Sequence record: SRR22947725_2200
DNA length: 34,067 bases
Strand: one strand, 5' to 3'
Shown here: positions 9,797 to 19,395 of the stretch, piece after piece
How positions within the stretch are numbered: the stretch's first letter is position 1
How the letters are laid out: every line of letters starts with the position of its first letter
Notes under the pieces: generated by a model
Told to the model about the DNA's origin: nothing
Databases searched by the model: none
The model's input: only the letters and a program-made list of their open reading frames with translations
Program-made: the position numbers and the translations under genes

Positions 9797-10200
9797 TTCA
9801 AAAAATTTTCTTTATACCAAATATTTACGTTAAAATTTGGACAGGTTTTTGAGGTTTTTATGCTTTCATTATGGCCTCTTACAAGGGCGTTAGGAAATTT
9901 TTTTTTCCAATTTATTATAATATTTTTTAGGGAAACAAATTGTTTCTTAGTAAATAATTTCTGTCCAATCAGGCAAACACCTAAGCTTTGATTGTTTTTT
10001 CCATATGTATGAGCTCCTATCCAATATTCTGGTCTGCCATTCTCAATTTCTCCGTCTCTTCTGATTATTTTATGATATCCAATTCCATTCCAACCAAAAC
10101 CAAGATGCATTTTATGTATGTCTATTGCAGATAAATCTTTTTCATCTGCAGTATCAGAGCAATGTATGATTAAATATTTTATATTATGAGTTTCTAACAT
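9793..10200 (-). CDS. N-acetylmuramoyl-L-alanine amidase, T7-lysozyme-like (Amidase_2)
   Basis: IIHCSDT, GWNGIGYH..I..DG.IE.GR, GAH..G.N..SLGVCLIG, GHNE and KTCP, matching the Zn ligands His/His/Cys plus Tyr/Lys of T7 lysozyme. Start moved to ATG 10200 to avoid overlap with manC. Confidence 0.88.
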   Translation of the reverse strand: MLETHNIKYLIIHCSDTADEKDLSAIDIHKMHLGFGWNGIGYHKIIRRDGEIENGRPEYWIGAHTYGKNNQSLGVCLIGQKLFTKKQFVSLKNIIINWKKKFPNALVRGHNESIKTSKTCPNFNVNIWYKENFLN

Positions 10201-10207
10201 TAATATC

Positions 10208-11593
10208 TTACCTTTCGTAAGGATCATCTAATCTTATAATGTCATCTTCTCCAAAATAAGAACCTAATTGAGTTTCGATAACAATTAAATCTCTGTCCTG
10301 TTTATTTTCTATATAATGATGACTTTTTATTGGAATATCAATTGATTCTCCCTTGTTTAAAACTAAATATTTCTTATCAAGACAAACATGTGCTGTTCCA
10401 AGAACAACAAACCAGTGCTCAGATCTATAGTTATGGTATTGTAAAGAGAGTCTTTTTTTAGGGCTAACTATAATTTTTTTTACTTTACAATACTGGTTGT
10501 CTAGGAGGTTTTCGAACCTTCCCCATGGTCTGTTTTCGAATGAATGCTCTTTAGCTTCAATGAAATTATGATCTAAAAGGTTTTTTACAACTGATTTAAC
10601 TTTTTCAGAATTATTTTTTTTACATATTAAAGTACCGTTATCACTATCAATTATTATTAAATTCTTGATACCAATTGTAGCTATAGTTCTATTTTTACTT
10701 TTAATAAAGTTATTAGAAGACTCTATTTGAATAACTTTCTTATGACTTGGTTCATTTTTAAATATTTCAGCTATTGCATCCCACGAACCAACATCACTCC
10801 ATTCATTGTTAAATGGGTATAAATATATATTGTTTTCTTTTTCCATGACTGCGTAATCAATTGACTTAGAAGGTATTTTATCAAATAAATTCTTAGAAAA
10901 ATTGAATTGATTGGTTTTTTTGTTGATCTTTATATTTTCAAAATTTTTGTCACATTGTTGAGCAATATCAGGTGCATGCTCTCTTACAGAGTTCAAAACT
11001 TTATTAGCATTTGAAATAAAAATGCCTGCGTTCCAATAGTAATTGTTATCAAGAATAAATTGAGAGGCTCTTTTTTTGTTTGGCTTTTCAATAAATTTAA
11101 TAACTTTACAAAAATTAGTTTCTGTATTTTTAGCAACATTAATGTACCCATAGGCCTCAGATGGCTTTGTAGGTTTTATACCTAAAGTAATCCATTGATC
11201 TGGGGTTAACTTGCTTTTTATATCTAATATATTTTTAACAAATTCCTGATTGTCAGGTATTAAGTGATCTGAAGGCATGATCAATAAATTATCTGATTTT
11301 AATGAATGTTTCGCTGCTAGGTAAATTGCTGCACATGTATTTTTACCTTCTGGCTCTAAAAAAACATCTGCTTTTAAATTATATTTTTTAAGTGCGTTAG
11401 TTACTAAAAAACCGTGCTGTTTATTTGCAATAAAAATAGGTATTTTTTTAAAATTTAAACTCAAAACTCTTTCAACAGTTAAATCTAATAGAGATTTGCC
11501 GCCTAACAGTGGAATAAATTGTTTTGGGAATTGTTCTCTACTTTCTGGCCATAGCCTAGTTCCTGAACCGCCACATAGAATAACTACACGCAT
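10208..11593 (-). CDS. manC: Mannose-1-phosphate guanylyltransferase / mannose-6-phosphate isomerase
   Basis: ILCGGSGTRLWPESR..PKQF, EPEGKNT, PSDH, WNAGIF, SIDYAVME, WSDVGSW, C-terminal cupin RPWG...LSLQYH..RSEHW, EDDIIR. Confidence 0.95.
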   Translation of the reverse strand: MRVVILCGGSGTRLWPESREQFPKQFIPLLGGKSLLDLTVERVLSLNFKKIPIFIANKQHGFLVTNALKKYNLKADVFLEPEGKNTCAAIYLAAKHSLKSDNLLIMPSDHLIPDNQEFVKNILDIKSKLTPDQWITLGIKPTKPSEAYGYINVAKNTETNFCKVIKFIEKPNKKRASQFILDNNYYWNAGIFISNANKVLNSVREHAPDIAQQCDKNFENIKINKKTNQFNFSKNLFDKIPSKSIDYAVMEKENNIYLYPFNNEWSDVGSWDAIAEIFKNEPSHKKVIQIESSNNFIKSKNRTIATIGIKNLIIIDSDNGTLICKKNNSEKVKSVVKNLLDHNFIEAKEHSFENRPWGRFENLLDNQYCKVKKIIVSPKKRLSLQYHNYRSEHWFVVLGTAHVCLDKKYLVLNKGESIDIPIKSHHYIENKQDRDLIVIETQLGSYFGEDDIIRLDDPYER

Positions 11594-11609
11594 AAATATA
11601 GCTTCCCCA

Positions 11610-12650
11610 TTAAATTATGACTTCCCAAAAAACAGAAAAATCAGGTTGAAATATTATAATTTCTCTATTACTAAATTTTAAAGACTTTTTAAATGATAAG
11701 GGTTGCTTAGACTTTCTAAGCTTAATTTTTTCTTTATTAGTTTTACACCCATAATGTTTTGCTCCATTAATACTGACAAAATTCTCTAACATTTGAATAG
11801 AATTTTTTTTATCAAATATCTCAGCTAAAATAGAAATACAGTTAGTCGCATTAAAAATACCAGCACAACCACAGGCGTTTTCTTTATCATTCTTTAAATG
11901 GGGAGCGGTATCAGTTCCTAAAAAAAATTTGTAATTTCCGCTAATTGCTGCTTCAATTAGAGCTTGTTTGTGTGCTTCCCTTTTTAATATAGGTAAGCAG
12001 TAGTTGTGCGGTTTTATTCCTCCTACAAATATAGCATTTCTATTTAAAGCCAGGTGATGAGGTGTAATTGATGCCACTAGATTTTTATTACCCTCAGAAA
12101 CATATAATGTTGCTTCTTTTGTTGTTATGTGTTCAAGAGTAATTTTTAGGTCAGGCAATTTTTTACAAATAAAATCAAGTTTTTGGTCGATGAATTCTTT
12201 TTCTCTATCAAAAATATCAACTTCTTTATTAGTAACTTCACCATGAATTAATAGAGGCATCCCTATTTTTGTCATTGTCTCAAGAACGGGCATAATCTTT
12301 TCTATATTTTTTACACCTGAATCTGAATTTGTTGTCGCTCCAGCTGGGTATAGTTTAGCAGCAAAAACTTGGCCACTCTCATACGCTTTACGTATATCGT
12401 CTTTATTTGTATTTTCTGTTAAGTATATGGTCATTAGAGGGATAAAACGATTGTTTTTAGGAATAGCGTTTTGTATTTTTTTTTTATACTTTACTGCGTC
12501 AATCCCTTTTAATATTGGCGGAACTAAATTAGGCATAATTATAGCACGGGCAAAATGCCTAGTAGTTTCTGGAACAACTGCTTCTAAAATTTTTCCATCT
12601 CTAAAATGGACATGCCAATCGTCAGGCTTAATGATTTCTATTTCTTCCAT
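11610..12650 (-). CDS. pyrC: Dihydroorotase (homodimeric type)
   Basis: PDDWHVHFRDG, IMPNLVPP, KLYPAGATTNS, HGEVT, LEHITT, CLPILK, FLGTDTAPH. Confidence 0.96.
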   Translation of the reverse strand: MEEIEIIKPDDWHVHFRDGKILEAVVPETTRHFARAIIMPNLVPPILKGIDAVKYKKKIQNAIPKNNRFIPLMTIYLTENTNKDDIRKAYESGQVFAAKLYPAGATTNSDSGVKNIEKIMPVLETMTKIGMPLLIHGEVTNKEVDIFDREKEFIDQKLDFICKKLPDLKITLEHITTKEATLYVSEGNKNLVASITPHHLALNRNAIFVGGIKPHNYCLPILKREAHKQALIEAAISGNYKFFLGTDTAPHLKNDKENACGCAGIFNATNCISILAEIFDKKNSIQMLENFVSINGAKHYGCKTNKEKIKLRKSKQPLSFKKSLKFSNREIIIFQPDFSVFWEVII

Positions 12651-12743
12651 AATTTCGATCTAGTCTTTAAAAATAAAGTTTAATATGTTAATGATAAAAA
12701 GTGCTAATCGTATATATATTAATTAACTTTTGGGAAGTTTGCT

Positions 12744-13343
12744 ATGAAAATTTCAACTATTTCTGCTAGTCATAGAATAAATTCTCAATCAAAAAGAATC
12801 TCTGATTTGCTCCACAACAACTTACTAAATAATAAATCAAGCTTGGAAATGTTTTCTTTAGACTTAGCTGATGTATCGCTACCACTCTGGTCACCTGAAA
12901 AAAAAAATGGCAAAGGTGTTTGGGGGGAAACTTGGGGTTCAATATCAAATAAATTACTTCAATCAGATGGTTTTATTTTTGTAGTCCCTGAGTATGGAGG
13001 CATGGCTACGCCAGCAGCTAAAAATTTTTTCTTGCTGTGTGGTAATGGAGAATTATCTCATAAACCTGGCTTAATCGTATCAGTTAGCAGCGGAAACGGT
13101 GGGGCCTACCCAATAACTGAGTTGAGGACTTCTTCTTATAAAAACACACATATAATGTGGATACCAGAGAATATTATTATTAGAAACGTAGAAGATTTTA
13201 ATCCAGGAAATCATGGAGATAAGATTCCTGAGTGGTTAGACAATCGAATTGATTATGTATTAGAACTACTTTTAGCATATGTGTCTAATATGAAACCGTT
13301 AAGAGAATTAATTAATAGAAAGGATTTTGGGAATGGCATGTGA
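12744..13343 (+). CDS. NAD(P)H-dependent FMN reductase family flavoprotein
   Basis: [10 protein letters not shown] phosphate loop, VPEYGG...[23 protein letters not shown]. Confidence 0.85.
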   Translation: MKISTISASHRINSQSKRISDLLHNNLLNNKSSLEMFSLDLADVSLPLWSPEKKNGKGVWGETWGSISNKLLQSDGFIFVVPEYGGMATPAAKNFFLLCGNGELSHKPGLIVSVSSGNGGAYPITELRTSSYKNTHIMWIPENIIIRNVEDFNPGNHGDKIPEWLDNRIDYVLELLLAYVSNMKPLRELINRKDFGNGM

Positions 13344-13623
13344 GGATACTAGAAAAAAATTTCACGAGATTAAGGGTTGGGAAAAAGTATCTGATGGAAG
13401 GGATGCATATACTAAGCTCTTTAAGTTTTCTGATTTTAAGCAAGCGTTTTCCTTTATGACGTCCATTGCTATGAAGGCAGAACAAATAAATCATCATCCA
13501 GAATGGGAAAATGTTTATAATAAAGTTATAATAACTTTAACGACCCATGACGTTGGCGGTATATCAGAATTAGATTATGATATGGCTCTTTTTGCTGATC
13601 AATCTTACAAAAATTTTAGTTAA
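13333..13623 (+). CDS. phhB: Pterin-4-alpha-carbinolamine dehydratase
   Basis: [25 protein letters not shown]...[11 protein letters not shown] 13333 lies 8 nt after AAGGA. Confidence 0.92.
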   Translation: MACEDTRKKFHEIKGWEKVSDGRDAYTKLFKFSDFKQAFSFMTSIAMKAEQINHHPEWENVYNKVIITLTTHDVGGISELDYDMALFADQSYKNFS

Positions 13624-13641
13624 TAATTTAAGTAAATAATT

Positions 13642-15609
13642 ATGGAAAAAGAAACAGTCTCAAATGAAGTTGTATGGTCACCGTCTGATAAGAGAGTAAA
13701 ATCTTCACAGATGCATAAATTCATGCAAAATATTAATAAAAAATATAATATTAATCTATCGAGCTTTTCTGAATTACATACTTGGTCAATAGAAAATAAA
13801 ACACAGTTTTGGGAATTAATTTGGGACTTTTTTGATGTTATTGGTTCTAAGGGAACTAAACCATATATTGACCCTTTAAATAAAATGCCAGGAAGTAAAT
13901 TTTTTCCTAATGGTAAAGTAAATTACGCTGAGAACATCCTTTCAGGTAATAATTTAGGTATTGCGATTGTTTTTAAGTCTGAGGATAAATTAAGAAAAGA
14001 AGTTTCATGGAAAGAACTTAAATATCAAGTCGCGGCACTTGCAAAATTTCTAAAAAAAGAAGGTGTTGTTAAGGGAGATAGAGTTGCAGCCTATATGCCT
14101 AATATGCCTGAAACTGTAATGATGATGTTGGCTACTTCATCTGTCGGTGCAATTTTTTCTTCTGCATCACCAGATTTTGGTGTTGAAGGAGTTTTAGATA
14201 GATTTGGTCAAATTGAACCTAAGATTTTACTCACTACAGATGGGTACTGGTATAATGGTAAAGCGGTTAATATAACAAATAAAGTTTTAGACGTTGTTAA
14301 AGCTCTACCCTCTTTACAAAAAGTTGTTATAGCACCGCTTTTAGGTATCGAAACTCAGTATAATTCTAATAAATTTATAGAGTATACTTTTATTTTAGAA
14401 AAATATTCTACGAAAGAGATGTTTTTTGAACCTTTAAGTTTAGATGATCCTTTATATATCATGTTTTCTAGTGGAACTACTGGTAAGCCCAAGTGTATTG
14501 TTCATTCGAATGGTGGTATCCTTCTAAAACATCTGGTTGAAATGGGGCTCCATTCAAATGCACAGAAAAATAGTAAGGTATTCTATTTTACAACATGTGG
14601 GTGGATGATGTGGAATTGGTTGGTTTCGGGACTATTGCTGAAATCTACAATATATTTATATGACGGTTCACCTTTTTTCCCAGATCCAGAAGTTCTATGG
14701 AACTATATTGATAAAGAAAAAGTAAATTTCATGGGGGTTTCTGCAAAATATATTGATGCTTTAAGCAAAGAAAATATTAATATAATTGATAATTATAAGT
14801 TAACAGATTTAGAAATAATAGGTTCAACAGGATCCCCGTTGGTTCATGAAAGTTTTGATTATATATATAAAAATATTAAAAAAGACGTCTCAGTTGCAAG
14901 TTTATCTGGGGGGACAGATATAGTAGGTTGTTTTATTGGTGGTAATACTATGTCAGTAGTTAGGAGAGGAGAAATACAAGGACCAATTTTAGGTATGGAT
15001 GTTCATGTTTATAATGATAACGGATTATCTGTTAAAAATGAAAAAGGAGAACTTGTTTGTACGCAAAGTTTTCCTACTATGCCATTATATTTCTGGAATG
15101 ATAAAAACAATGAAAAATATCATGATGCTTATTTTGGCAAATATAACAACGTTTGGTGTCATGGTGATTATATAGTAAAAACAGAAAATAATGGCTTTAT
15201 AATTTTTGGAAGATCAGATGCAACTCTGAACCCTGGAGGAGTTCGGATTGGTACAGCTGAAATATATAGACAAGTTGAACAAATAGAAGAGGTTGTTGAG
15301 GGTTTAGTCATAGGTCAAATTTGGCAAGGTGACACCAGAGTTGTACTTTTTGTAAGACTAAGTCTAGGCGTTGATTTGAAAGAAGATTTAATTAATAAGA
15401 TTAAAACTAAAATAAAAATAGGAGCATCTCCAAGGCATGTTCCAGCAAAAATCATTGAAGTAAACGATATACCAAGAACAAAATCAGGCAAAATTGCAGA
15501 ATTGGCAGTTCGAGATTTAGTTCATAATAAAAAAATTAATAATGAGACAGCCTTGGCTAACCCAGAGTGCTTAGACGAATACAAAAACATTAAAGAGTTG
15601 AGTTTTTAG
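13642..15609 (+). CDS. Acetoacetate--CoA ligase
   Basis: MFSSGTTGKPKCIVH, FTTCGWMMWNWL, SGGTDI, WCHGD, GRSDATLNPGGVRIGTAEIY, SPRHVP, PRTKSGK, ALANP. Confidence 0.93.
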   Translation: MEKETVSNEVVWSPSDKRVKSSQMHKFMQNINKKYNINLSSFSELHTWSIENKTQFWELIWDFFDVIGSKGTKPYIDPLNKMPGSKFFPNGKVNYAENILSGNNLGIAIVFKSEDKLRKEVSWKELKYQVAALAKFLKKEGVVKGDRVAAYMPNMPETVMMMLATSSVGAIFSSASPDFGVEGVLDRFGQIEPKILLTTDGYWYNGKAVNITNKVLDVVKALPSLQKVVIAPLLGIETQYNSNKFIEYTFILEKYSTKEMFFEPLSLDDPLYIMFSSGTTGKPKCIVHSNGGILLKHLVEMGLHSNAQKNSKVFYFTTCGWMMWNWLVSGLLLKSTIYLYDGSPFFPDPEVLWNYIDKEKVNFMGVSAKYIDALSKENINIIDNYKLTDLEIIGSTGSPLVHESFDYIYKNIKKDVSVASLSGGTDIVGCFIGGNTMSVVRRGEIQGPILGMDVHVYNDNGLSVKNEKGELVCTQSFPTMPLYFWNDKNNEKYHDAYFGKYNNVWCHGDYIVKTENNGFIIFGRSDATLNPGGVRIGTAEIYRQVEQIEEVVEGLVIGQIWQGDTRVVLFVRLSLGVDLKEDLINKIKTKIKIGASPRHVPAKIIEVNDIPRTKSGKIAELAVRDLVHNKKINNETALANPECLDEYKNIKELSF

Positions 15610-16820
15610 GATGGCTGCTTAATTTCTGAATTTACGGAGAATGGCTCTTCTTTAACTGTTATTGTTAGAAGAAATGCAATAATTCCTAAACCTACACTTA
15701 ACCACCACATATTTTCATAACTTCCATAAATATCAAAAAACCTTCCGCCTAACCAAGCTCCTAATACTGCACCTAGTTGATGGCAAATAAAACAGATGCC
15801 TGATAAAGTGGCTAAATATTTGGGTCCAATAAAAGAAAGTATAATAGCATTAGTCATTGGTACTGTTGCCAACCATAATATCCCAATCACAGCTCCAAAT
15901 AATAAAGCAATAAATGGTGATGGCGGTGAAAGTACAAATATTGTAATTGTTACGGATCTTAACAAATATATAATTGATAATGGCATAGGTTTTTTAACTT
16001 TCTGGCCAAGCCATCCAAATCCTATAGTTCCTATTATATTTGTTACACCTATAATAGCTAGTGACCAACCTGCTATTTCAGCTGAAATACCTTTAGAGAT
16101 TAGGTCTGTAGGAAGATGTAAAGCAATAAAAGTAACGTGAAATCCACATACAAAAAAACCTGAAATTAATAATATGTAATTTCTCTCTTTAAGAGAAAAC
16201 ATAATAGTTTGTTGTAAACTGTTTCCAAAATCTTGAACATTACTATTTTTTTCATTTGTGCTATTAAGCAATGGTAAGAGTAGCAATAGACTGATTGAAA
16301 TCGAAGCTAAGACTACTAAACTCACGTCCCAACCAAACTCCTTGTTCATCCACATAGTAGGAAGCACAACGGCAAACTGTCCAAATGAAGCGGCTGCAGC
16401 AACTAGGCCCATTGCAATAGAGCGTTTATTAACTGGAGCTACTTTTCCTGCTATACTTACCATGGTAGCCATTCCAGCGCCACCAAGTCCAAATCCCATA
16501 AGAGTTGTAGCAGAAAATAATATGAATTCAGAAGTTGGATTACTCATCAGGAAAATGCCAGATGAATATGAAATAATCCCAAATGCAAGAACTTTTTGAG
16601 GTCCTAACTTATCTATAAGAATTCCTAAAAAAAATGTAACAATTCCCCAAATAATTGCTTGAACACCTATAGCAAAAGAAAAAAACTCTTTCCCACTTTT
16701 CATGAAGCTAGTAACTGGATCTAAGAACAAACCTAAAGATTGCCTTACACCCATAATCATAATAATTATGATTGAGCAAACAAGAATTACTAATTGCCAA
16801 TCAACTTTCTTTGTCTCCAT
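15606..16820 (-). CDS. MFS transporter
   Basis: About 12 TM segments; GVRQSLGLF, GILIDKLG, GFFVCGFHV.FI..HLP, HQLGA.LG.WLGG; directly downstream of marR. Confidence 0.9.
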   Translation of the reverse strand: METKKVDWQLVILVCSIIIIMIMGVRQSLGLFLDPVTSFMKSGKEFFSFAIGVQAIIWGIVTFFLGILIDKLGPQKVLAFGIISYSSGIFLMSNPTSEFILFSATTLMGFGLGGAGMATMVSIAGKVAPVNKRSIAMGLVAAAASFGQFAVVLPTMWMNKEFGWDVSLVVLASISISLLLLLPLLNSTNEKNSNVQDFGNSLQQTIMFSLKERNYILLISGFFVCGFHVTFIALHLPTDLISKGISAEIAGWSLAIIGVTNIIGTIGFGWLGQKVKKPMPLSIIYLLRSVTITIFVLSPPSPFIALLFGAVIGILWLATVPMTNAIILSFIGPKYLATLSGICFICHQLGAVLGAWLGGRFFDIYGSYENMWWLSVGLGIIAFLLTITVKEEPFSVNSEIKQPS

Positions 16821-16841
16821 TTTATTCCCCCCTATTAGTAA

Positions 16842-17258
16842 TTAAAAATTTAATTTACTAATTTTGTTCATCAACGAATCAAATTGATTTTTATTATTTA
16901 ATCCAAAGGCATTTAGAAACTTTTGTTGAGTTTTCTCCCAGATAACCTTTGCATCATTTAGTTTTTTCCTGCCATTAACAGTAAGGCTAATAACTTTTAC
17001 TTTATATACATTATTTTTTTTATAAGAAATAAGATCCATTTTCTTTAGCTTATCTAAGTTACGTAACACGGTCGTTCTTTCAAGATCTAATTTTTTTGAT
17101 AATTCATTTACAGATGGGTTGCCTAAAGCTTGAATATTTTTTAGTGCGCTGTATTGAGTAATTTTAATATCAAGGACAGATAATTCATGATCATACACTT
17201 TTGAAATATGATTAGCGGCCTTTCTAATGGATATACACATACAAGAAGTATCATTCAT
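16842..17258 (-). CDS. MarR-family transcriptional regulator (N-terminal CxC subtype)
   Basis: CMC.SIRKAA...YD..L, ITQYS.L, wHTH LERTTVLRNLDKL, LTVNG. Confidence 0.88.
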   Translation of the reverse strand: MNDTSCMCISIRKAANHISKVYDHELSVLDIKITQYSALKNIQALGNPSVNELSKKLDLERTTVLRNLDKLKKMDLISYKKNNVYKVKVISLTVNGRKKLNDAKVIWEKTQQKFLNAFGLNNKNQFDSLMNKISKLNF

Positions 17259-17263
17259 ATAAT

Positions 17264-17275
17264 GTGTATATACAC
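17264..17275. promoter_or_regulatory. Putative MarR operator, perfect palindrome GTGTATATACAC
   Basis: 12-bp perfect inverted repeat 6-17 bp upstream of the marR ATG; an imperfect second copy lies at 17227-17240. Confidence 0.7.
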
Positions 17276-17307
17276 TAATTTGTAAACTATCAATTTAAAT
17301 ATTTAAG

Positions 17308-17769
17308 TTATCCTCTGCCTCGATAATTATCTACATTGTGAATAGGTATAAATAGGTTTTTAGGTTGCTCACTTGTTTGCCAAAATATATCAATAGGAAT
17401 TCCGCCTCTTGGATACCAGTAACCGCCAATTCTTAACCATTTAGGAGACAATAATTCAACAATATCTTGAGCAATTGAAATTGTACAATCTTCATGAAAT
17501 GCACCATGGTTTCTATATCCTAAAAGATATAATTTAAAAGATTTACTCTCTACTATAAATTGACTAGGAACATAATCGATTACAATATGAGCAAAATCAG
17601 GTTGAGATGTAACTGGGCATATTGACGTAAATTCTGGACACGTAAACCTTATTGAATAATCAAGCCCAATTTTTGGATTATCTACTTTTTCAAGAATATG
17701 TTTGTCTGGAAAGTCAGGGATTTTACTTTTATAGCCAAGAGCATTTAAGTCTTTATTTGATTTACTCAT
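17308..17769 (-). CDS. queF: NADPH-dependent 7-cyano-7-deazaguanine (preQ0) reductase, type I
   Basis: [26 protein letters not shown] (QueF motif), FHE, PRGGIP. Confidence 0.96.
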   Translation of the reverse strand: MSKSNKDLNALGYKSKIPDFPDKHILEKVDNPKIGLDYSIRFTCPEFTSICPVTSQPDFAHIVIDYVPSQFIVESKSFKLYLLGYRNHGAFHEDCTISIAQDIVELLSPKWLRIGGYWYPRGGIPIDIFWQTSEQPKNLFIPIHNVDNYRGRG

Positions 17770-17782
17770 GAAGATATCTCAC

Positions 17783-18694
17783 TTAATTGTTAATATTAAT
17801 TAGTTCGTTGTTTGTAGAATTTATTTTATCCAAAATTAACTTTTTCCACTCTTCAATATTTTTGGCTAAATATGCTTCTTCTGGAAATAATATGCTTCTT
17901 GAGGCGTTTATTAATCCAAAATTTAGAAGGTTTGGAAATGCTGAATCCTTTATTAAAGGCGCACATGCATCCTTAGCTGAGGCACCTTGAGCGCCATAAC
18001 CTGGAATTAGAAATGGAGCACTTGGTAATAATTTTCTTAATGCTAAAGATTCATCCTTAAATGTAGCTCCTGAAACAATTCCTATTGACGATAACCCTAG
18101 ATCACCTTTCTGATTTTCTATAATAGGTTTTAACAATTTAGCTAAATGTTCATAGCACTTAGCACCATTCGTAAGAGGCATCTCTTGAATATCTTTTGAA
18201 CCTTTATTACTTGTATGCACTAAAATAAATAACCCGCTGCTTGTTTCAGAAGCTTTTTTAAAAAAAGGATCTAAACTGTCAATTCCTAACCATGGATTAA
18301 TAGTCATAGCATCACTTGGGTAGGGAGCTTTTTCTCCCAAATATGCGTTTGCATATGCTTGACTGGTGCTTCCTATGTCGCCTCTTTTTGCATCCATAAT
18401 GATCAAAAAATTCAGAGATTGTGCATATTTACATAAAGACGCAAGTAGCTTCATACCATCTGGACCAAGCTGTTCAAATAGCGCAATTTGAGGTTTTATT
18501 GCAGGCACTAAATCTTTAGCACTATCTAAAAGTGAAAAACAAAATTTTTCAACTTTGGTTATAATGTTTGAGGAATTATTTTGAAGATCAAAAATATTAG
18601 GTATTAAGTCTAAATGAGGATCAACACCTAGGCATAAGAATGATTTTGTGTCTCTAATTTTTTTAACAAGTTTATCTCCAAAGTGATCCGCCAT
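17783..18694 (-). CDS. pyrF: Orotidine-5'-phosphate decarboxylase (long subfamily)
   Basis: LCLGVDP, KPQIA.FE, DAKRGDIGST, TSN, GAT, LIPGYGAQG, NASRSI. Confidence 0.95.
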   Translation of the reverse strand: MADHFGDKLVKKIRDTKSFLCLGVDPHLDLIPNIFDLQNNSSNIITKVEKFCFSLLDSAKDLVPAIKPQIALFEQLGPDGMKLLASLCKYAQSLNFLIIMDAKRGDIGSTSQAYANAYLGEKAPYPSDAMTINPWLGIDSLDPFFKKASETSSGLFILVHTSNKGSKDIQEMPLTNGAKCYEHLAKLLKPIIENQKGDLGLSSIGIVSGATFKDESLALRKLLPSAPFLIPGYGAQGASAKDACAPLIKDSAFPNLLNFGLINASRSILFPEEAYLAKNIEEWKKLILDKINSTNNELININN

Positions 18695-18697
18695 ATT

Positions 18698-18964
18698 TTA
18701 AAAAATACCTAAAGCATTTCTGTAGGTATCTAATAAGGCTTCTTGTTCTAACCTTTCATCTATGTCCATTTTACGTATTATTAACACTTTGCGCATAATT
18801 TTTGGATCATAGCCTAATCCTTTAGCCTCTGAATAAACTTCTTTAATGTCAGCAAGTATATTACTTTTTTCTTCTTCTAGCCTTTCAATTCTTTCTATAA
18901 AGCTTTTAAGTCTATCATCTTTAGATTTAGATTCTGTGATTTCGTTATTTAATATTTCGTTCAT
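18698..18964 (-). CDS. gapR: DUF2312 / GapR nucleoid-associated protein
   Basis: [16 protein letters not shown]...[19 protein letters not shown]...[12 protein letters not shown]. Start set at ATG 18964; the longer call overlaps the DUF1244 gene. Confidence 0.9.
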   Translation of the reverse strand: MNEILNNEITESKSKDDRLKSFIERIERLEEEKSNILADIKEVYSEAKGLGYDPKIMRKVLIIRKMDIDERLEQEALLDTYRNALGIF

Positions 18965-18965
18965 A

Positions 18966-19265
18966 CTAATGAGTTTCTGTTTCTTTGTTTTTGAATTTAT
19001 TTTTTTGATCTTCACTAGCTTCAGTTTGATATTTATCTTTCCAAACAGAATGGGGCATTCCATATATTATTTCTTTAGCATCATCCTTATTGAGCTCAAC
19101 TCCATTTTCATTAGCAGCTTCACTATACCAGCGAGAGAGACAGTTTCTACAAAAACCACTTAGATTCATTAAATCAATATTTTGAACATCAGTTCTTTTT
19201 TGAAGATGAGTTATAAGTTTTTTTAAAACTTCTGATTCTATTTTTAATCTTTTTTCATTATTCAT
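18966..19265 (-). CDS. DUF1244 family protein
   Basis: [33 protein letters not shown]...W...YQ.EA; its stop lies 1 bp from the gapR start. Confidence 0.9.
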   Translation of the reverse strand: MNNEKRLKIESEVLKKLITHLQKRTDVQNIDLMNLSGFCRNCLSRWYSEAANENGVELNKDDAKEIIYGMPHSVWKDKYQTEASEDQKNKFKNKETETH

Positions 19266-19342
19266 TTCATTACCTATTTTATTAATATTGTTATCACAAC
19301 TCTTATCTCAAAACAATTTACAATAAAAAATTTTATAAATAA

Positions 19343-19378
19343 TTGTAAAAAGAATTTAAAAATATTAGCATAAGCTAA
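19343..19378 (+). promoter_or_regulatory. mntR promoter (TTGTAA-N17-TAGCAT) overlapped by an MntR-type box TTAGC-N4-GCTAA
   Basis: -35 at 19343-19348, -10 at 19366-19371, inverted repeat at 19365-19378. The core resembles the E. coli MntR box TAGC-N4-GCTA. Confidence 0.65.
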
Positions 19379-19395
19379 CTTTTGTGAGTTAATTT

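Noticed and set aside
9793-10200. Prophage remnant around the T7-like amidase
   Set aside because: No other phage genes or att-like repeats are present. The gene is intact and embedded in a host operon.
15796-16599. Antisense ORFs opposite the MFS gene, and the other short 60-115 aa overlapping ORFs in the track (e.g. 3268-3495, 5691-5991, 11496-11681, 12427-12663, 18846-19163, 21953-22279, 27825-28127, 33182-33555)
   Set aside because: They are shadow frames of well-supported genes, with no motifs or ribosome-binding sites.
17308-17769. queF as part of a 7-deazaguanine DNA-modification (dpd) system
   Set aside because: No dpdA/tgt-like or other dpd genes are nearby. The housekeeping context (pyrF, gapR) fits tRNA queuosine synthesis.
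18965-19063. N-terminal extension of GapR
   Set aside because: It overlaps the DUF1244 gene in another frame. ATG 18964 gives a normal-sized GapR.
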